Below, in pieces: positions 26,347 through 41,300 of a stretch of 64,000 bases of DNA. The number at the start of each line of letters is the position of its first letter. Position 1 is the first letter of the stretch. Below the pieces are notes generated by a model, which did no database searches, was not told where the DNA came from, and worked only from the letters and a program-made list of their open reading frames with translations. The DNA comes from Botryllus schlosseri (Eukaryota). The DNA lies in the NCBI GenBank assembly GCA_051294905.1, contig CM119371.1:13766001-13830000 (forward strand). The letters are read 5' to 3'. Both the position numbers and the translations under genes were made by a program.

Positions 26347-29300
26347 TTCGGGAACATAGAGAAATCTTGGTGGAATTGAACTTTTCATAAATTTTCATAC
26401 CCCCCAAATTGGCTAAATCTGCCAATATCTCCTAAACTACAATAGCCAGGAATACGCCGATAGGCTCATTCGATGTAACTTTTGAATTGCTACAATCTGG
26501 TAGAAGAGTTGTAACTGTAGGCCCTCGGAAACATAGAGAAATCTTGGTGGAATTGAACTTTTCATAAATTTTCATACCCCCCAAAATGGCTAAATCTGCC
26601 AATATCTCCTAAACTACAATAGCCAGGAATACGCCGATAGGCTCATTCGATGTAACTTTTGAATTGCTACAATCTGGAAGCAGAGTTGTAACTGTAGGCC
26701 CTCGGGAACATAGAGAAATCTTGGTGGAATTGAACTTTTCATAAATTTTCATACCCCCCAAAATGGCTAAATCTGCCAATATCTCCTAAACTACAATAGC
26801 CAGAATACGCCGATAGGCTCATTCGATGTAACTTTTGAATTGCTACAATCTCGTAGCAGAGTTGTAACTGTAGGCCCTCGGGAACATAGAGAAATCTTGG
26901 TGGAATTGAACTTTTCATAAATTTTCATACCCCCCAAAATGGCTAAATCTGCCAATATCTCCTAAACTACAATAGCCAGGAATACGCCGATAGGCTCATT
27001 CGATGTAACTTTTGAATTGCTACAATCTGGTAGCAGAGTTGTAACTGTAGGCCCTCGGGAACATAGAGAAATCTTGGTGGAATTGAACTTTTCATAAATT
27101 TTCATACCCCCCAAAATGGCTAAATCTGCCAATATCTCCTAAACTACAATAGCCAGAATACGCCGATAGCTCATTCGATGTAACTTTTGAATTGCTACAA
27201 TCTGGTAGCAGAGTTGTAACTGTAGGCCCTCGGGAACATAGAGAAATCTTGGTTGGAATTGAACTTCTCATAAATTTTCATACCCCCCAAAATGGCTAAA
27301 TCTGCCAATATCTCCTAAACTACAATAGCCAGGAATACGCCGATAGGCTCATTCGATGTAACTTTTGAATTGCTACAATCTGGTAGCAGAGTTGTAACTG
27401 TAGGCCCTCGGGAACATAGAGAAATCTTGGTGGAATTGAACTTTTCATAAATTTTCATACCCCCCAAAATGGCTAAATCTGCCAATATCTCCTAAACTAC
27501 AATAGCCAGGAATACGCCGATAGGCTCATTCGATGTAACTTTTGAATTGCTACAATCTGGTAGCAGAGTTGTAACTGTAGGCCCCTCGGGAACATAGAGA
27601 AATCTTGGTGGAATTGAACTTTTCATAAATTTTCATACCCCCCAAAATGGCTAAATCTGCCAATATCTCCTAAACTACAATAGCCAGGAATACGCCGATA
27701 GGCTCATTCGATGTAACTTTTGAATTGCTACAATCTGGCAGCAGAGTTGTAACTGTAGGCCCTCGGGAACATAGAGAAATCTTGGTGGAATTGAACTTTT
27801 CATAAATTTTCATACCCCCCAAAATGGCTAAATCTGCCAATATCTCCTAAACTACAATAGCCAGGAATACGCCGATAGGCTCATTCGATGTAACTTTTGA
27901 ATTGCTACAATCTGGTAGCAGAGCTGTAACTGTAGGCCCTCGGGAACATAGAGAAATCTTGGTGGAATTGAACTTTTCATAAATTTTCATACCCCCCAAT
28001 ATGGCTAAATCTGCCAATATCTCCTAAACTACAATAGCCAGGAATACGCCGATAGGCTCATTCGATGTAACTTTTGAATTGCTACAATCTGGTAGCAGAG
28101 TTGTAACTGTAGGCCCTCGGGAACATAGAGAAATCTTGGTGGAATTGAACTTTTCATAAATTTTCATACCCCCCAAAATGGCTAAATCTGCCAATATCTC
28201 CTAAACTACAATAGCCAAGAATACGCCTATAGGCTCATTCGATGTAACTTTTGAATTGCTACAATCTGGTAGCAGAGTTGTAACTGTAGGCCCTCGGGAA
28301 CATAGAGAAATCTTGGTGGAATTGAACTTTTCATAAATTTTCATACTCCCCAAAATGGCTAAATCTGCCAATATCTCCTAAACTACAATAGCCAGGAATA
28401 CGCCGATAGGCTCATTCGATGTAACTTTTGAATTGCTACAATCTGGTAGCAGAGTTGTAACTGTAGGCCCTCGGGAACATAGAGAAATCTTGGTGGAATT
28501 GAACTTTTCATAAATTTTCATACCCCCCAAAATGGCTAAATCTGCCAATATCTCCTAAACTACAATAGCCAGGAATACGCCGATAGGCTCATTCGATGTA
28601 ACTTTTGAATTGCTACAATCTGGTAGCAGAGTTGTAACTGTAGGCCCTCGGAAACATAGAGAAATCTTGGTGGAATTGAACTTTTCATAAATTTTCATAC
28701 CCCCCAAAATGGCTAAATCTGCCAATATCTCCTAAACTACAATAGCCAGGAATACGCCGATAGGCTCATTCGATGTAACTTTTGAATTGCTACAATCTGG
28801 TAGCAGAGTTGTAACTGTAGGCCCTCGGGAACATAGAGAAATCTTGGTGGAATTGAACTTTTCATAAATTTTCATACCCCCCAAAATGGCTAAATCTGCC
28901 AATATCTCCTAAACTACAATAGCCAGGAATACGCCGATAGGCTCATTCGATGTAACTTTTGAATTGCTACAATCTGGTAGCAGAGCTGTAACTGTAGGCC
29001 CTCGGGAACATAGAGAAATCTTGGTGGAATTGAACTTTTCATAAATTTTCATACCCCCCAATATGGCTAAATCTGCCAATATCTCCTAAACTACAATAGC
29101 CAGGAATACGCCGATAGGCTCATTCGATGTAACTTTTGAATTGCTACAATCTGGTAGCAGAGTTGTAACTGTAGGCCCTCGGGAACATAGAGAAATCTTG
29201 GTGGAATTGAACTTTTCATAAATTTTCATACCCCCCAAAATGGCTAAATCTGCCAATATCTCCTAAACTACAATAGCCAAGAATACGCCTATAGGCTCAT

Positions 29301-32300
29301 TCGATGTAACTTTTGAATTGCTACAATCTGGTAGCAGAGTTGTAACTGTAGGCCCTCGGGAACATAGAGAAATCTTGGTGGAATTGAACTTTTCATAAAT
29401 TTTCATACCCCCCAAAATGGCTAAATCTGCCAATATCTCCTAAACTACAATAGCCAGGAATACGCCGATAGGCTCATTCGATGTAACTTTTGAATTGCTA
29501 CAATCTGGTAGCAGAGTTGTAACTGTAGGCCCTCGGGAACATAGAGAAATCTTGGTGGAATTGAACTTTTCATAAATTTTCATACCCCCCAAAATGGCTA
29601 AATCTGCCAATATCTCCTAAACTACAATAGCCAAGAATACGCCTATAGGCTCATTCCATGTAACTTTTTAATTGCTACAATCTGGTAGCAGAGTTGTAAC
29701 TGTAGGCCCTCGGGAACATAGAGAAATCTTGGTGGAATTGAACTTTTCATAAATTTTCATACCCCCCAAAATGGCTAAATCTGCCAATATCTCCTAAACT
29801 ACAATAGCCAGGAATACGCCGATAGGCTCATTAGATGTAACTTTTGAATTGCTACAATCTGGTAGCAGAGTTGTAACTGTAGGCCCTCGGAAACATAGAG
29901 AAATCTTGGTGGAATTGAACTTTTCATAAATTTTCATACCCCCCAAAATGGCTAAATCTGCCAATATCTCCTAAACTACAATAGCCAGGAATACGCCGAT
30001 AGGCTCATTCGATGTAACTTTTGAATTGCTACAATCTGGAAGCAGAGTTGTAACTGTAGGCCCTCGGGAACATAGAGAAATCTTGGTGGAATTGAACTTT
30101 TCATAAATTTTCATACCCCCCAAAATGGCTAAATCTGCCAATATCTCCTAAACTACAATAGCCAGGAATACGCCGATAGGCTTATTCGATGTAACTTTTG
30201 AATTGCTACAATCTGGTAGCAGAGTTGTAACTGTATGCCCTCGGGAACATAGAGAAATCTTGGTGGAATTGAACTTTTAATAAATTTTCATACCCCCCAA
30301 AATGGCTAAATCTGCCAATATCTCCTAAACTACAATAGCCAAGAATACGCCGATAGGCTCATTCGATGTAACTTTTGAATTGCTACCATCTGGTAGCAGA
30401 GTTGTAACTGTAGGCCCTCGGGAACATAGAGAAATCTTGGTGGAATTGAACTTTTCATAAATTTTCATACCCCCCAAAATGGCTAAATCTGCCAATATCT
30501 CCTAAACTACAATAGCCAGGAATACGCCGATAGCCTCATTCGATGTAACTTTTGAATTGCTACAATCTGGTAGCAGAGTTGTAACTGTAGGCCCTCGGGA
30601 ACATAGAGAAATCTTGGTGGAATTGAACTTTTCATAAATTTTCATATCCCCCAAAATGGCTAAATCTGCCAATATCACCTAAACTACAATAGCCAGGAAT
30701 ACGCCGATAGGCTCATTCGATGTAACTTTTGAATTGCTACAATCTGGTAGCAGAGCTGTAACTGTAGAACCTCGGGAACATAGAGAAATCTTGGTGGAAT
30801 TGAACTTTTCATAAATTTTCATACCCCCCAAAATGGCTAAATCTGCCAATATCTCCTAAACTACAATAGCCAGGAATACGCCGATAGGCTCATTCGATGT
30901 AACTTTTGAATTGCTACAATCTGGTAGCAGAGTTGTAACTGTAGGCCCTCGGGAACATAGAGAAATCTTGGTGGAATTGAACTTTTCATAAATTTTCATA
31001 CCACCCAAAATGGCTAAATCTGCCAATATCTCCTAAACTACAATAGCCAGGAATACGCCGATAGGCTCATTCGATGTAACTTTTGAATTGCTACAATCTG
31101 GTAGCAGAGTTGTAACTGTAGGCCCTCGGAAACATAGAGAAATCTTGGTGGAATTGAACTTTTCATAAATTTTCATACTCCCCAAAATGGCTAAATCTGC
31201 CAATATCTCCTAAACTACAATAGCCAGGAATACGCCGATAGGCTCATTCGATGTAACTTTTGAATTGCTACAATCTGGTAGCAGAGTTGTAACTATAGGC
31301 CCTCGGGAACATAGAGAAATCTTGGTGGAATTGAACTTTTCATAAATTTTCATACCCCCCAAAATGGCTAAATCTGCCAATATCTCCTAAACTACAATAG
31401 CCAGGAATACGCCGATAGGCTCATTCGATGTAACTTTTGAATTGCTACAATCTGGTAGCAGAGTTGTAACTGTATGCCCTCGGGAACATAGAGAAATCTT
31501 GGTGGAATTGAACTTTTCATAAATTTTCATACCCCCCAAAATGGCTAAATCTGCCAATATCTCCTAAACTACAATAGCCAGGAATACGCCGATAGGCTCA
31601 TTCGATGTAACTTTTGAATTGCTACAATCTGGCAGCAGAGTTGTAACTGTAGGCCCTCGGGAACATAGAGAAATCTTGGTGGAATTGAACTTTTCATAAA
31701 TTTTCATACCCCCCAAAATGGCTAAATCTGCCAATATCTCCTAAACTACAATAGCCAAGAATACGCCTATAGGCTCATTCGATGTAACTTTTGAATTGCT
31801 ACAATCTGGTAGCAGAGTTGTAACTGTAGGCCCTCGGGAACATAGAGAAATCTTGGTGGAATTGAACTTTTCATAAATTTTCATACCCCCCAAAATGGCT
31901 AAATCTGCCAATATCTCCTAAACTACAATAGCCAGGAATACGCCGATAGGCTCATTCGATGTAACTTTTGAATTGCTACAATCTGGTAGCAGAGTTGTAA
32001 CTGTAGGCCCTCGGGAACATAGAGAAATCTTGGTGGAATTGAACTTTTCATAAATTTTCATACCCCCCAAAATGGCTAAATCTGCCAATATCTCCTAAAC
32101 TACAATAGCCAAGAATACGCCTATAGGCTCATTCGATGTAACTTTTTAATTGCTACAATCTGGTAGCAGAGTTGTAACTGTAGGCCCTCGGGAACATAGA
32201 GAAATCTTGGTGGAATTGAACTTTTCATAAATTTTCATACCCCCCAAAATGGCTAAATCTGCCAATATCTCCTAAACTACAATAGCCAGGAATACGCCGA

Positions 32301-35300
32301 TAGGCTCATTAGATGTAACTTTTGAATTGCTACAATCTGGTAGCAGAGTTGTAACTGTAGGCCCTCGGAAACATAGAGAAATCTTGGTGGAATTGAACTT
32401 TTCATAAATTTTCATACCCCCCAAAATGGCTAAATCTGCCAATATCTCCTAAACTACAATAGCCAGGAATACGCCGATAGGCTCATTCGATGTAACTTTT
32501 GAATTGCTACAATCTGGAAGCAGAGTTGTAACTGTAGGCCCTCGGGAACATAGAGAAATCTTGGTGGAATTGAACTTTTCATAAATTTTCATACCCCCCA
32601 AAATGGCTAAATCTGCCAATATCTCCTAAACTACAATAGCCAGGAATACGCCGATAGGCTTATTCGATGTAACTTTTGAATTGCTACAATCTGGTAGCAG
32701 AGTTGTAACTGTATGCCCTCGGGAACATAGAGAAATCTTGGTGGAATTGAACTTTTCATAAATTTTCATACCCCCCAAAATGGCTAAATCTGCCAATATC
32801 TCCTAAACTACAATAGCCAAGAATACGCCGATAGGCTCATTCGATGTAACTTTTGAATTGCTACCATCTGGTAGCAGAGTTGTAACTGTAGGCCCTCGGG
32901 AACATAGAGAAATCTTGGTGGAATTGAACTTTTCATAAATTTTCATACCCCCCAAAATGGCTAAATCTGCCAATATCTCCTAAACTACAATAGCCAGGAA
33001 TACGCCGATAGCCTCATTCGATGTAACTTTTGAATTGCTACAATCTGGTAGCAGAGTTGTAACTGTAGGCCCTCGGGAACATAGAGAAATCTTGGTGGAA
33101 TTGAACTTTTCATAAATTTTCATATCCCCCAAAATGGCTAAATCTGCCAATATCACCTAAACTACAATAGCCAGGAATACGCCGATAGGCTCATTCGATG
33201 TAACTTTTGAATTGCTACAATCTGGTAGCAGAGCTGTAACTGTAGAACCTCGGGAACATAGAGAAATCTTGGTGGAATTGAACTTTTCATAAATTTTCAT
33301 ACCCCCCAAAATGGCTAAATCTGCCAATATCTCCTAAACTACAATAGCCAGGAATACGCCGATAGGCTCATTCGATGTAACTTTTGAATTGCTACAATCT
33401 GGTAGCAGAGTTGTAACTGTAGGCCCTCGGGAACATAGAGAAATCTTGGTGGAATTGAACTTTTCATAAATTTTCATACCACCCAAAATGGCTAAATCTG
33501 CCAATATCTCCTAAACTACAATAGCCAGGAATACGCCGATAGGCTCATTCGATGTAACTTTTGAATTGCTACAATCTGGTAGCAGAGTTGTAACTGTAGG
33601 CCCTCGGAAACATAGAGAAATCTTGGTGGAATTGAACTTTTCATAAATTTTCATACTCCCCAAAATGGCTAAATCTGCCAATATCTCCTAAACTACAATA
33701 GCCAGGAATACGCCGATAGGCTCATTCGATGTAACTTTTGAATTGCTACAATCTGGTAGCAGAGTTGTAACTATAGGCCCTCGGGAACATAGAGAAATCT
33801 TGGTGGAATTGAACTTTTCATAAATTTTCATACCCCCCAAAATGGCTAAATCTGCCAATATCTCCTAAACTACAATAGCCAGGAATACGCCGATAGGCTC
33901 ATTCGATGTAACTTTTGAATTGCTACAATCTGGTAGCAGAGTTGTAACTGTATGCCCTCGGGAACATAGAGAAATCTTGGTGGAATTGAACTTTTCATAA
34001 ATTTTCATACCCCCCAAAATGGCTAAATCTGCCAATATCTCCTAAACTACAATAGCCAGGAATACGCCGATAGGCTCATTCGATGTAACTTTTGAATTGC
34101 TACAATCTGGCAGCAGAGTTGTAACTGTAGGCCCTCGGGAACATAGAGAAATCTTGGTGGAATTGAACTTTTCATAAATTTTCATACCCCCCAAAATGGC
34201 TAAATCTGCCAATATCTCCTAAACTACAATAGCCAGGAATACGCCGATAGGCTCATTCGATGTAACTTTTGAATTGCTACAATCTGGTAGCAGAGTTGTA
34301 ACTGTAGGCCCTCGGGAACACAGAGAAATCTTGGTGGAATTGAACTTTTCATAAATTTTCATACCCCCAAAATGGCTAAATCTGCCAATATCTCCTAAAC
34401 TACAATAGCCAGGAATACGCCGATAGGCTCATTCGATGTAACTTTTGAATTGCTACAATCTGGTAGCAGAGCTGTAACTGTAGGCCCTCGGGAACATAGA
34501 GAAATCTTGGTGGAATTGAACTTTTCATAAATTTTCATACCCCCCAAAATGGCTAAATCTGCCAATATCTCCTAAACTACAATAGCCAGGAATACGCCGA
34601 TAGGCTCATTCGATGTAACTTTTGAATTGCTACAATCTGGTAGCAGAGTTGTAACTGTAGGCCCTCTGGAACATAGAGAAATCTTGGTGGAATTGAACTT
34701 TTCATAAATTTTCATACCCCCCAAAATGGCTAAATCTGCCAATATCTCCTAAACTACAATAGCCAAGAATACGCCTATAGGCTCATTCGATGTAACTTTT
34801 GAATTGCTACAATCTGGTAGCAGAGTTGTAACTGTAGGCCCTCGGGAACATAGAGAAATCTTGGTGGAATTGAACTTTTCATAAATTTTCATACCCCCCA
34901 AAATGGCTAAATCTGCCAATATCTCCTAAACTACAATAGCCAGGAATACGCCGATAGGCTCATTCGATGTAACTTTCGAATTGCTACAATCTGGTAGAAG
35001 AGTTGTAACTGTAGGCCCTCGGAAACATAGAGAAATCTTGGTGGAATTGAACTTTTCATAAATTTTCATACCCCCCAAAATGGCTAAATCTGCCAATATC
35101 TCCTAAACTACAATAGCCAGGAATACGCCGATAGGCTCATTCGATGTAACTTTTGAATTGCTACAATCTGGAAGCAGAGTTGTAACTGTAGGCCCTCGGG
35201 AACATAGAGAAATCATGGTGGAATTGAACTTTTCATAAATTTTCATACCCCCCAAAATGGCTAAATCTGCCAATATCTCCTAAACTACAATAGCCAGGAA

Positions 35301-38300
35301 TACGCCGATAAGCTCATTCGATGTAACTTTTGAATTGCTACAATCTGGTAGCAGAGTTGTAACTGTAGGCCCTCGGGAACATAGAGAAATCTTGGTGGAA
35401 TTGAACTTTTCATAAATTTTCATACCCCCCAAAATGGCTAAATCTGCCAATATCTCCTAAACTACAATAGCCAGGAATACGCCGATAGGCTCATTCGATG
35501 TAACTTTTGAATTGCTACAATCTGGTAGCAGAGTTGTAACTGTAGGCCCTCGGGAACATAGAGAAATCTTGGTGGAATTGAACTTTTCATAAATTTTCAT
35601 ACCCCCCAAAATGGCTAAATCTGCCAATATCTCCTAAACTACAATAGCCAGGAATACGCCGATAGGCTCATTCGATGTAACTTTTGAATTGCTACAATCT
35701 GGTAGCAGAGCTGTAACTGTAGGCCCTCGGGAACATAGAGAAATCTTGGTGGAATTGAACTTTTCATAAATTTTCATACCCCCCAAAATGGCTAAATCTG
35801 CCAATATCTCCTAAACTACAATAGCCAGGAATACGCCGATAGGCTCATTCGATGTTACTTTTGAATTGCTACAATCTGGTAGCAGAGTTGTAACTGTAGG
35901 CCCTCGGGAACATAGAGAAATCTTGGTGGAATTGAACTTTTCATAAATTTTCATACCCCCCAAAATGGCTAAATCTGCCAATATCTCCTAAACTACAATA
36001 GCCAAGAATACGCCTATAGGCTCATTCGATGTAACTTTTGAATTGCTACAATCTGGTAGCAGAGTTGTAACTGTAGGCCCTCGGGAACATAGAGAAATCT
36101 TGGTGGAATTGAACTTTTCATAAATTTTCATACCCCCCAAAATGGCTAAATCTGCCAATATCTCCTAAACTACAATAGCCAGGAATACGCCGATAGGCTC
36201 ATTCGATGTAACTTTTGAATTGCTACAATCTGGTAGCAGAGTTGTAACTGTAGGCCCTCGGAAACATAGAGAAATCTTGGTGGAATTGAACTTTTCATAA
36301 ATTTTCATACCCCCCAAAATGGCTAAATCTGCCAATATCTCCTAAACTACAATAGCCAGGAATACGCCGATAGGCTCATTCGATGTAACTTTTGAATTGC
36401 TACAATCTGGAAGCAGAGTTGTAACTGTAGGCCCTCGGGAACATAGAGAAATCTTGGTGGAATTGAACTTTTCATAAATTTTCATACCCCCCAAAATGGC
36501 TAAATCTGCCAATATCTCCTAAACTACAATAGCCAAGAATACGCCGATAGGCTCATTCGATGTAACTTTTGAATTGCTACAATCTGGTAGCAGAGTTGTA
36601 ACTGTAGGCCCTCGGGAACATAGAGAAATCTTGGTGGAATTGAACTTTTCATAAATTTTCATACCCCCCAAAATGGCTAAATCTGCCAATATCTCCTAAA
36701 CTACAATAGCCAGGAATACGCCGATAGGCTCATTCGATGTAACTTTTGAATTGCTACAATCTGGTAGCAGAGTTGTAACTGTAGGCCCTCGGGAACATAG
36801 AGAAATCTTGGTGGAATTGAACTTTTCATAAATTTTCATATCCCCCAAAATGGCTAAATCTGCCAATATCTCCTAAACTACAATAGCCAGGAATACGCCG
36901 ATAGGCTCATTCGATGTAACTTTTGAATTGCTACAATCTGGTAGCAGAGCTGTAACTGTAGAACCTCGGGAACATAGAGAAATCTTTGTGGAATTGAACT
37001 TTTCATAAATTTTCATACCCCCCAAAATGGCTAAATCTGCCAATATCTCCTAAACTACAATAGCCAGGAATACGCCGATAGGCTCATTCGATGTAACTTT
37101 TGAATTGCTACAATCTGGTAGCAGAGTTGTAACTGTAGGCCCTCGGGAACATAGAGAAATCTTGGTGGAATTGAACTTTTCATAAATTTTCATACCCCCC
37201 AAAATGGCTAAATCTGCCAATATCTCCTAAACTACAATAGCCAGGAATACGCCGATAGGCTCATTCGATGTAACTTTTGAATTGCTACAATCTGGTAGCA
37301 GAGTTGTAACTGTAGGCCCTCGGGAACATAGAGAAATCTTGGTGGAATTGAACTTTTCATAAATTTTCATATCCCCCATAATGGCTAAATCTGCCAATAT
37401 CTCCTAAACTACAATAGCCAGGAATACGCCGATAGGCTCATTCGATGTAACTTTTGAATTGCTACAATCTGGTAGCAGAGCTGTAACTGTAGAACCTCGG
37501 GAACATAGAGAAATCTTTGTGGAATTGAACTTTTCATAAATTTTCATACCCCCCAAAATGGCTAAATCTGCCAATATCTCCTAAACTACAATAGCCAGGA
37601 ATACGCCGATAGGCTCATTCGATGTAACTTTTGAATTGCTACAATCTGGTAGCAGAGTTGTAACTGTAGGCCCTCGGGAACATAGAGAAATCTTGGTGGA
37701 ATTGAACTTTTCATAAATTTTCATACCCCCCAAAATGGCTAAATCTGCCAATATCTTCTAAACTACAATAGCCAGGATTACGCCGATAGGCTCATTCGAT
37801 GTAACTTTTGAATTGCTACAATCTGGTAGCAGAGTTGTAACTGTAGGCCCTCGGAAACATAGAGAAATCTTGGTGGAATTGAACTTTTCATAAATTTTCA
37901 TACCCCCCAAAATGGCTAAATCTGCCAATATCTCCTAAACTACAATAGCCAGGAATACGCCGATAGGCTCATTCGATGTAACTTTTGAATTGCTACAATC
38001 TGGTAGCAGAGTTGTAACTGTAGGCCCTCGGGAACATAGAGAAATCTTGGTGGAATTGAACTTTTCATAAATTTTCATACCCCCCAAAATGGCTAAATCT
38101 GCCAATATCTCCTAAACTACAATAGCCAGGAATACGCCGATAGGCTCATTCGATGTAACTTTTGAATTGCTACAATCTGGTAGCAGAGTTGTAACTGTAG
38201 GCCCTCGGGAACATAGAGAAATCTTGGTGGAATTGAACTTTTCATAAATTTTCATATCCCCCAAAATGGCTAAATCTGCCAATATCTCCTAAACTACAAT

Positions 38301-41300
38301 AGCCAGGAATACGCCGATAGGCTCATTCGATGTAACTTTTGAATTGCTACAATCTGGTAGCAGAGCTGTAACTGTAGAACCTCGGGAACATAGAGAAATC
38401 TTTGTGGAATTGAACTTTTCATAAATTTTCATACCCCCCAAAATGGCTAAATCTGCCAATATCTCCTAAACTACAATAGTCGGGAATACGCCGATAGGCT
38501 CATTCGATGTAACTTTTGAATTGCTACAATCTGGTAGCAGAGTTGTAACTGTAGGCCCTCGGGAACATAGAGAAATCTTGGTGGAATTGAACTTTTCATA
38601 AATTTTCATACCCCCCAAAATGGCTAAATCTGCAAATATCTCCTAAACTACAATAGCCAGGAATACGCCGATTGGCTCATTCGATGTAACTTTTGAATTG
38701 CTACAATCTGGTAGCAGAGTTGTAACTGTAGGCCCTCGGAAACATAGAGAAATCTTGGTGGAATTGAACTTTTCATAAATTTTCATACTCCCCCAAAATG
38801 GCTAAATCTGCCAATATCTCCTAAACTACAATAGCCAGGAATACGCCGATAGGCTCATTCGATGTAACTTTTGAATTGCTACAATCTGGTAGCAGAGTTG
38901 TAACTGTAGGCCCTCGGGAACATAGAGAAATCTTGGTGGAATTGAACTTTTCATAAATTTTCATACCCCCCAAAATGGCTAAATCTGCCAATATCTACTA
39001 AACTACAATAGCCAGGAATACGCCGATAGGCTCATTCGATGTAACTTTTGAATTGCTAAAATCTGGTAGCAGAGTTGTAACTGTAGGCCCTCGGAAACAT
39101 AGAGAAATCTTGGTGGAATTGAACTTTTCATAAATTTTCATACCCCCCAAAATGGCTAAATCTGCCAATATCTCCTAAACTACAATAGCCAGGAATACGC
39201 CGATAGGCTCATTCGATGTAACTTTTAAATTGCTACAATCTGGTAGCAGAGTTGTAACTGTAGGCCCTCGGGAACATAGAGAAATCTTGGTGGAATTGAA
39301 CTTTTCATAAATTTTCATACCCCCCAAAATGGCTAAATCTGCCAATATCTCCTAAACTACAATAGCCAGGAATACGCCGATAGGCTCATTCGATGGAACT
39401 TTTGAATTGCTACAATCTGGTAGCAGAGTTGTAACTGTAGGCCCTCGGGAACATAGAGAAATCTTGGTGGAATTGAACTTTTCATAAATTTTCATACCCC
39501 CCAAAATGGCTAAATCTGCCAATATCTCCTAAACTACAATAGCCAGGAATACGCCGATAGGCTCATTCGATGTAACTTTTGAATTGCTACAATCTGGTAG
39601 CAGAGTTGTAACTGTAGGCCCTCGGGAACATAGAGAAATCTTGGTGGAATTGAACTTTTCATAAATTTTCATACCCCCCAAAATGGCTAAATCTGCCAAT
39701 ATCTCCTAAACTACAATAGCCAGGAATACGCCGATAGGCTCATTCGATGTAACTTTTGAATTGCTACAATCTGGTAGCAGAGTTGTAACTGTAGGCCCTC
39801 GGGAACATAGAGAAATCTTGGTGGAATTGAACTTTTCATAAATTTTCATACCCCCCAAAATGGCTAAATCTGCCAATATCTCCTAAACTACAATAGCCAG
39901 GAATACGCCGATAGGCTCATTCGATGTAACTTTTGAATTGCTACAATCTGGTAGAAGAGTTGTAACTGTAGGCCCTCGGGAACATAGAGAATTCTTGGTG
40001 GAATTGAACTTTTCATAAATTTTCATACCCCCCAAAATGGCTAAATCTGCCAATATCTCCTAAACTACAATAGCCAGGAATACGCCGATAGGCTCATTCG
40101 ATGTAACTTTTGAATTGCTACAATCTGGTAGCAGAGCTGTAACTGTAGGCCTTCGGGAACATAGGGAAATCTTGGTGGAATTGAACTTTTCATAAATTTT
40201 CATACCCCCCAAAATGGCTAAATCTGCCAATATCTCCTAAACTACAATAGCCAGGAATACGCCGATAGGCTCATTCGATGTAACTTTTGAATTGCTACAA
40301 TCTGGTAGCAGAGTTGTAACTGTAGGCCCTCGGGAACATAGAGAAATCTTGGTGGAATTGAACTTTTCAAAAATTTTCATACCTCCCAAAATGGCTAAAT
40401 CTGCCAATATCTCCTAAACTACAATAGCCAGGAATACGCCGATAGGCTCATTCGATGTAACTTTTGAATTGCTACAATCTGGTAGCAGAGTTGTAACTGT
40501 AGGCCCTCGGGAACATAGAGAAATCTTGGTGGAATTGAACTTTTCAAAAATTTTCATACCTCCCAAAATGGCTAAATCTGCCAATATCTCCTAAACTACA
40601 ATAGCCAGGAATACGCCGATAGGCTCATTCGATGTAACTTTTGAATTGCTACAATCTGGTAGCAGAGTTGTAACTGTAGGCCCTCGGGAACATAGAGAAA
40701 TCTTGGTGGAATTGAACTTTTCAAAAATTTTCATACCTCCCAAAATGGCTAAATCTGCCAATATCTCCTAAACTACAATAGCCAGGAATACGCCGATAGG
40801 CTCATTCGATGTAACTTTTGAATTGCTACAATCTGGTAGCAGAGTTGTAACTGTAGGCCCTCGGGAACATAGAGAAATCTTGGTGGAATTGAACTTTTCA
40901 TAAATTTTCATACCCCCCAAAATGGCTAAATCTGCCAATATCTCCTAAACTACAATAGCCAGGAATACGCCGATAGGCTCATTCGATGTAACTTTTGAAT
41001 TGCTACAATCTGGTAGCAGAGTTGTAACTGTAGGCCCTCGGAAACATAGAGAAATCTTGGTGGAATTGAACTTTTCATAAATTTTCATACCCCCCAAAAT
41101 GGCTAAATCTGCCAATATCTCCTAAACTACAATAGCCAGGAATACGCCGATAGGCTCATTCGATGTAACTTTTGAATTGCTACAATCTGGAAGCAGATTT
41201 GTAACTGTAGGCCCTCGGGAACATAGAGAAATCTTGGTGGAATTGAACTTTTCATAAATTTTCATACCCCCCAAAATGGCTAAATCTGCCAATATCTCCT

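Noticed and set aside
26460..26490. CENP-B box in the monomer (TTCGATGTAAC...)
   Set aside because: It matches only TTCG-N4-A; the required CGGG is absent.
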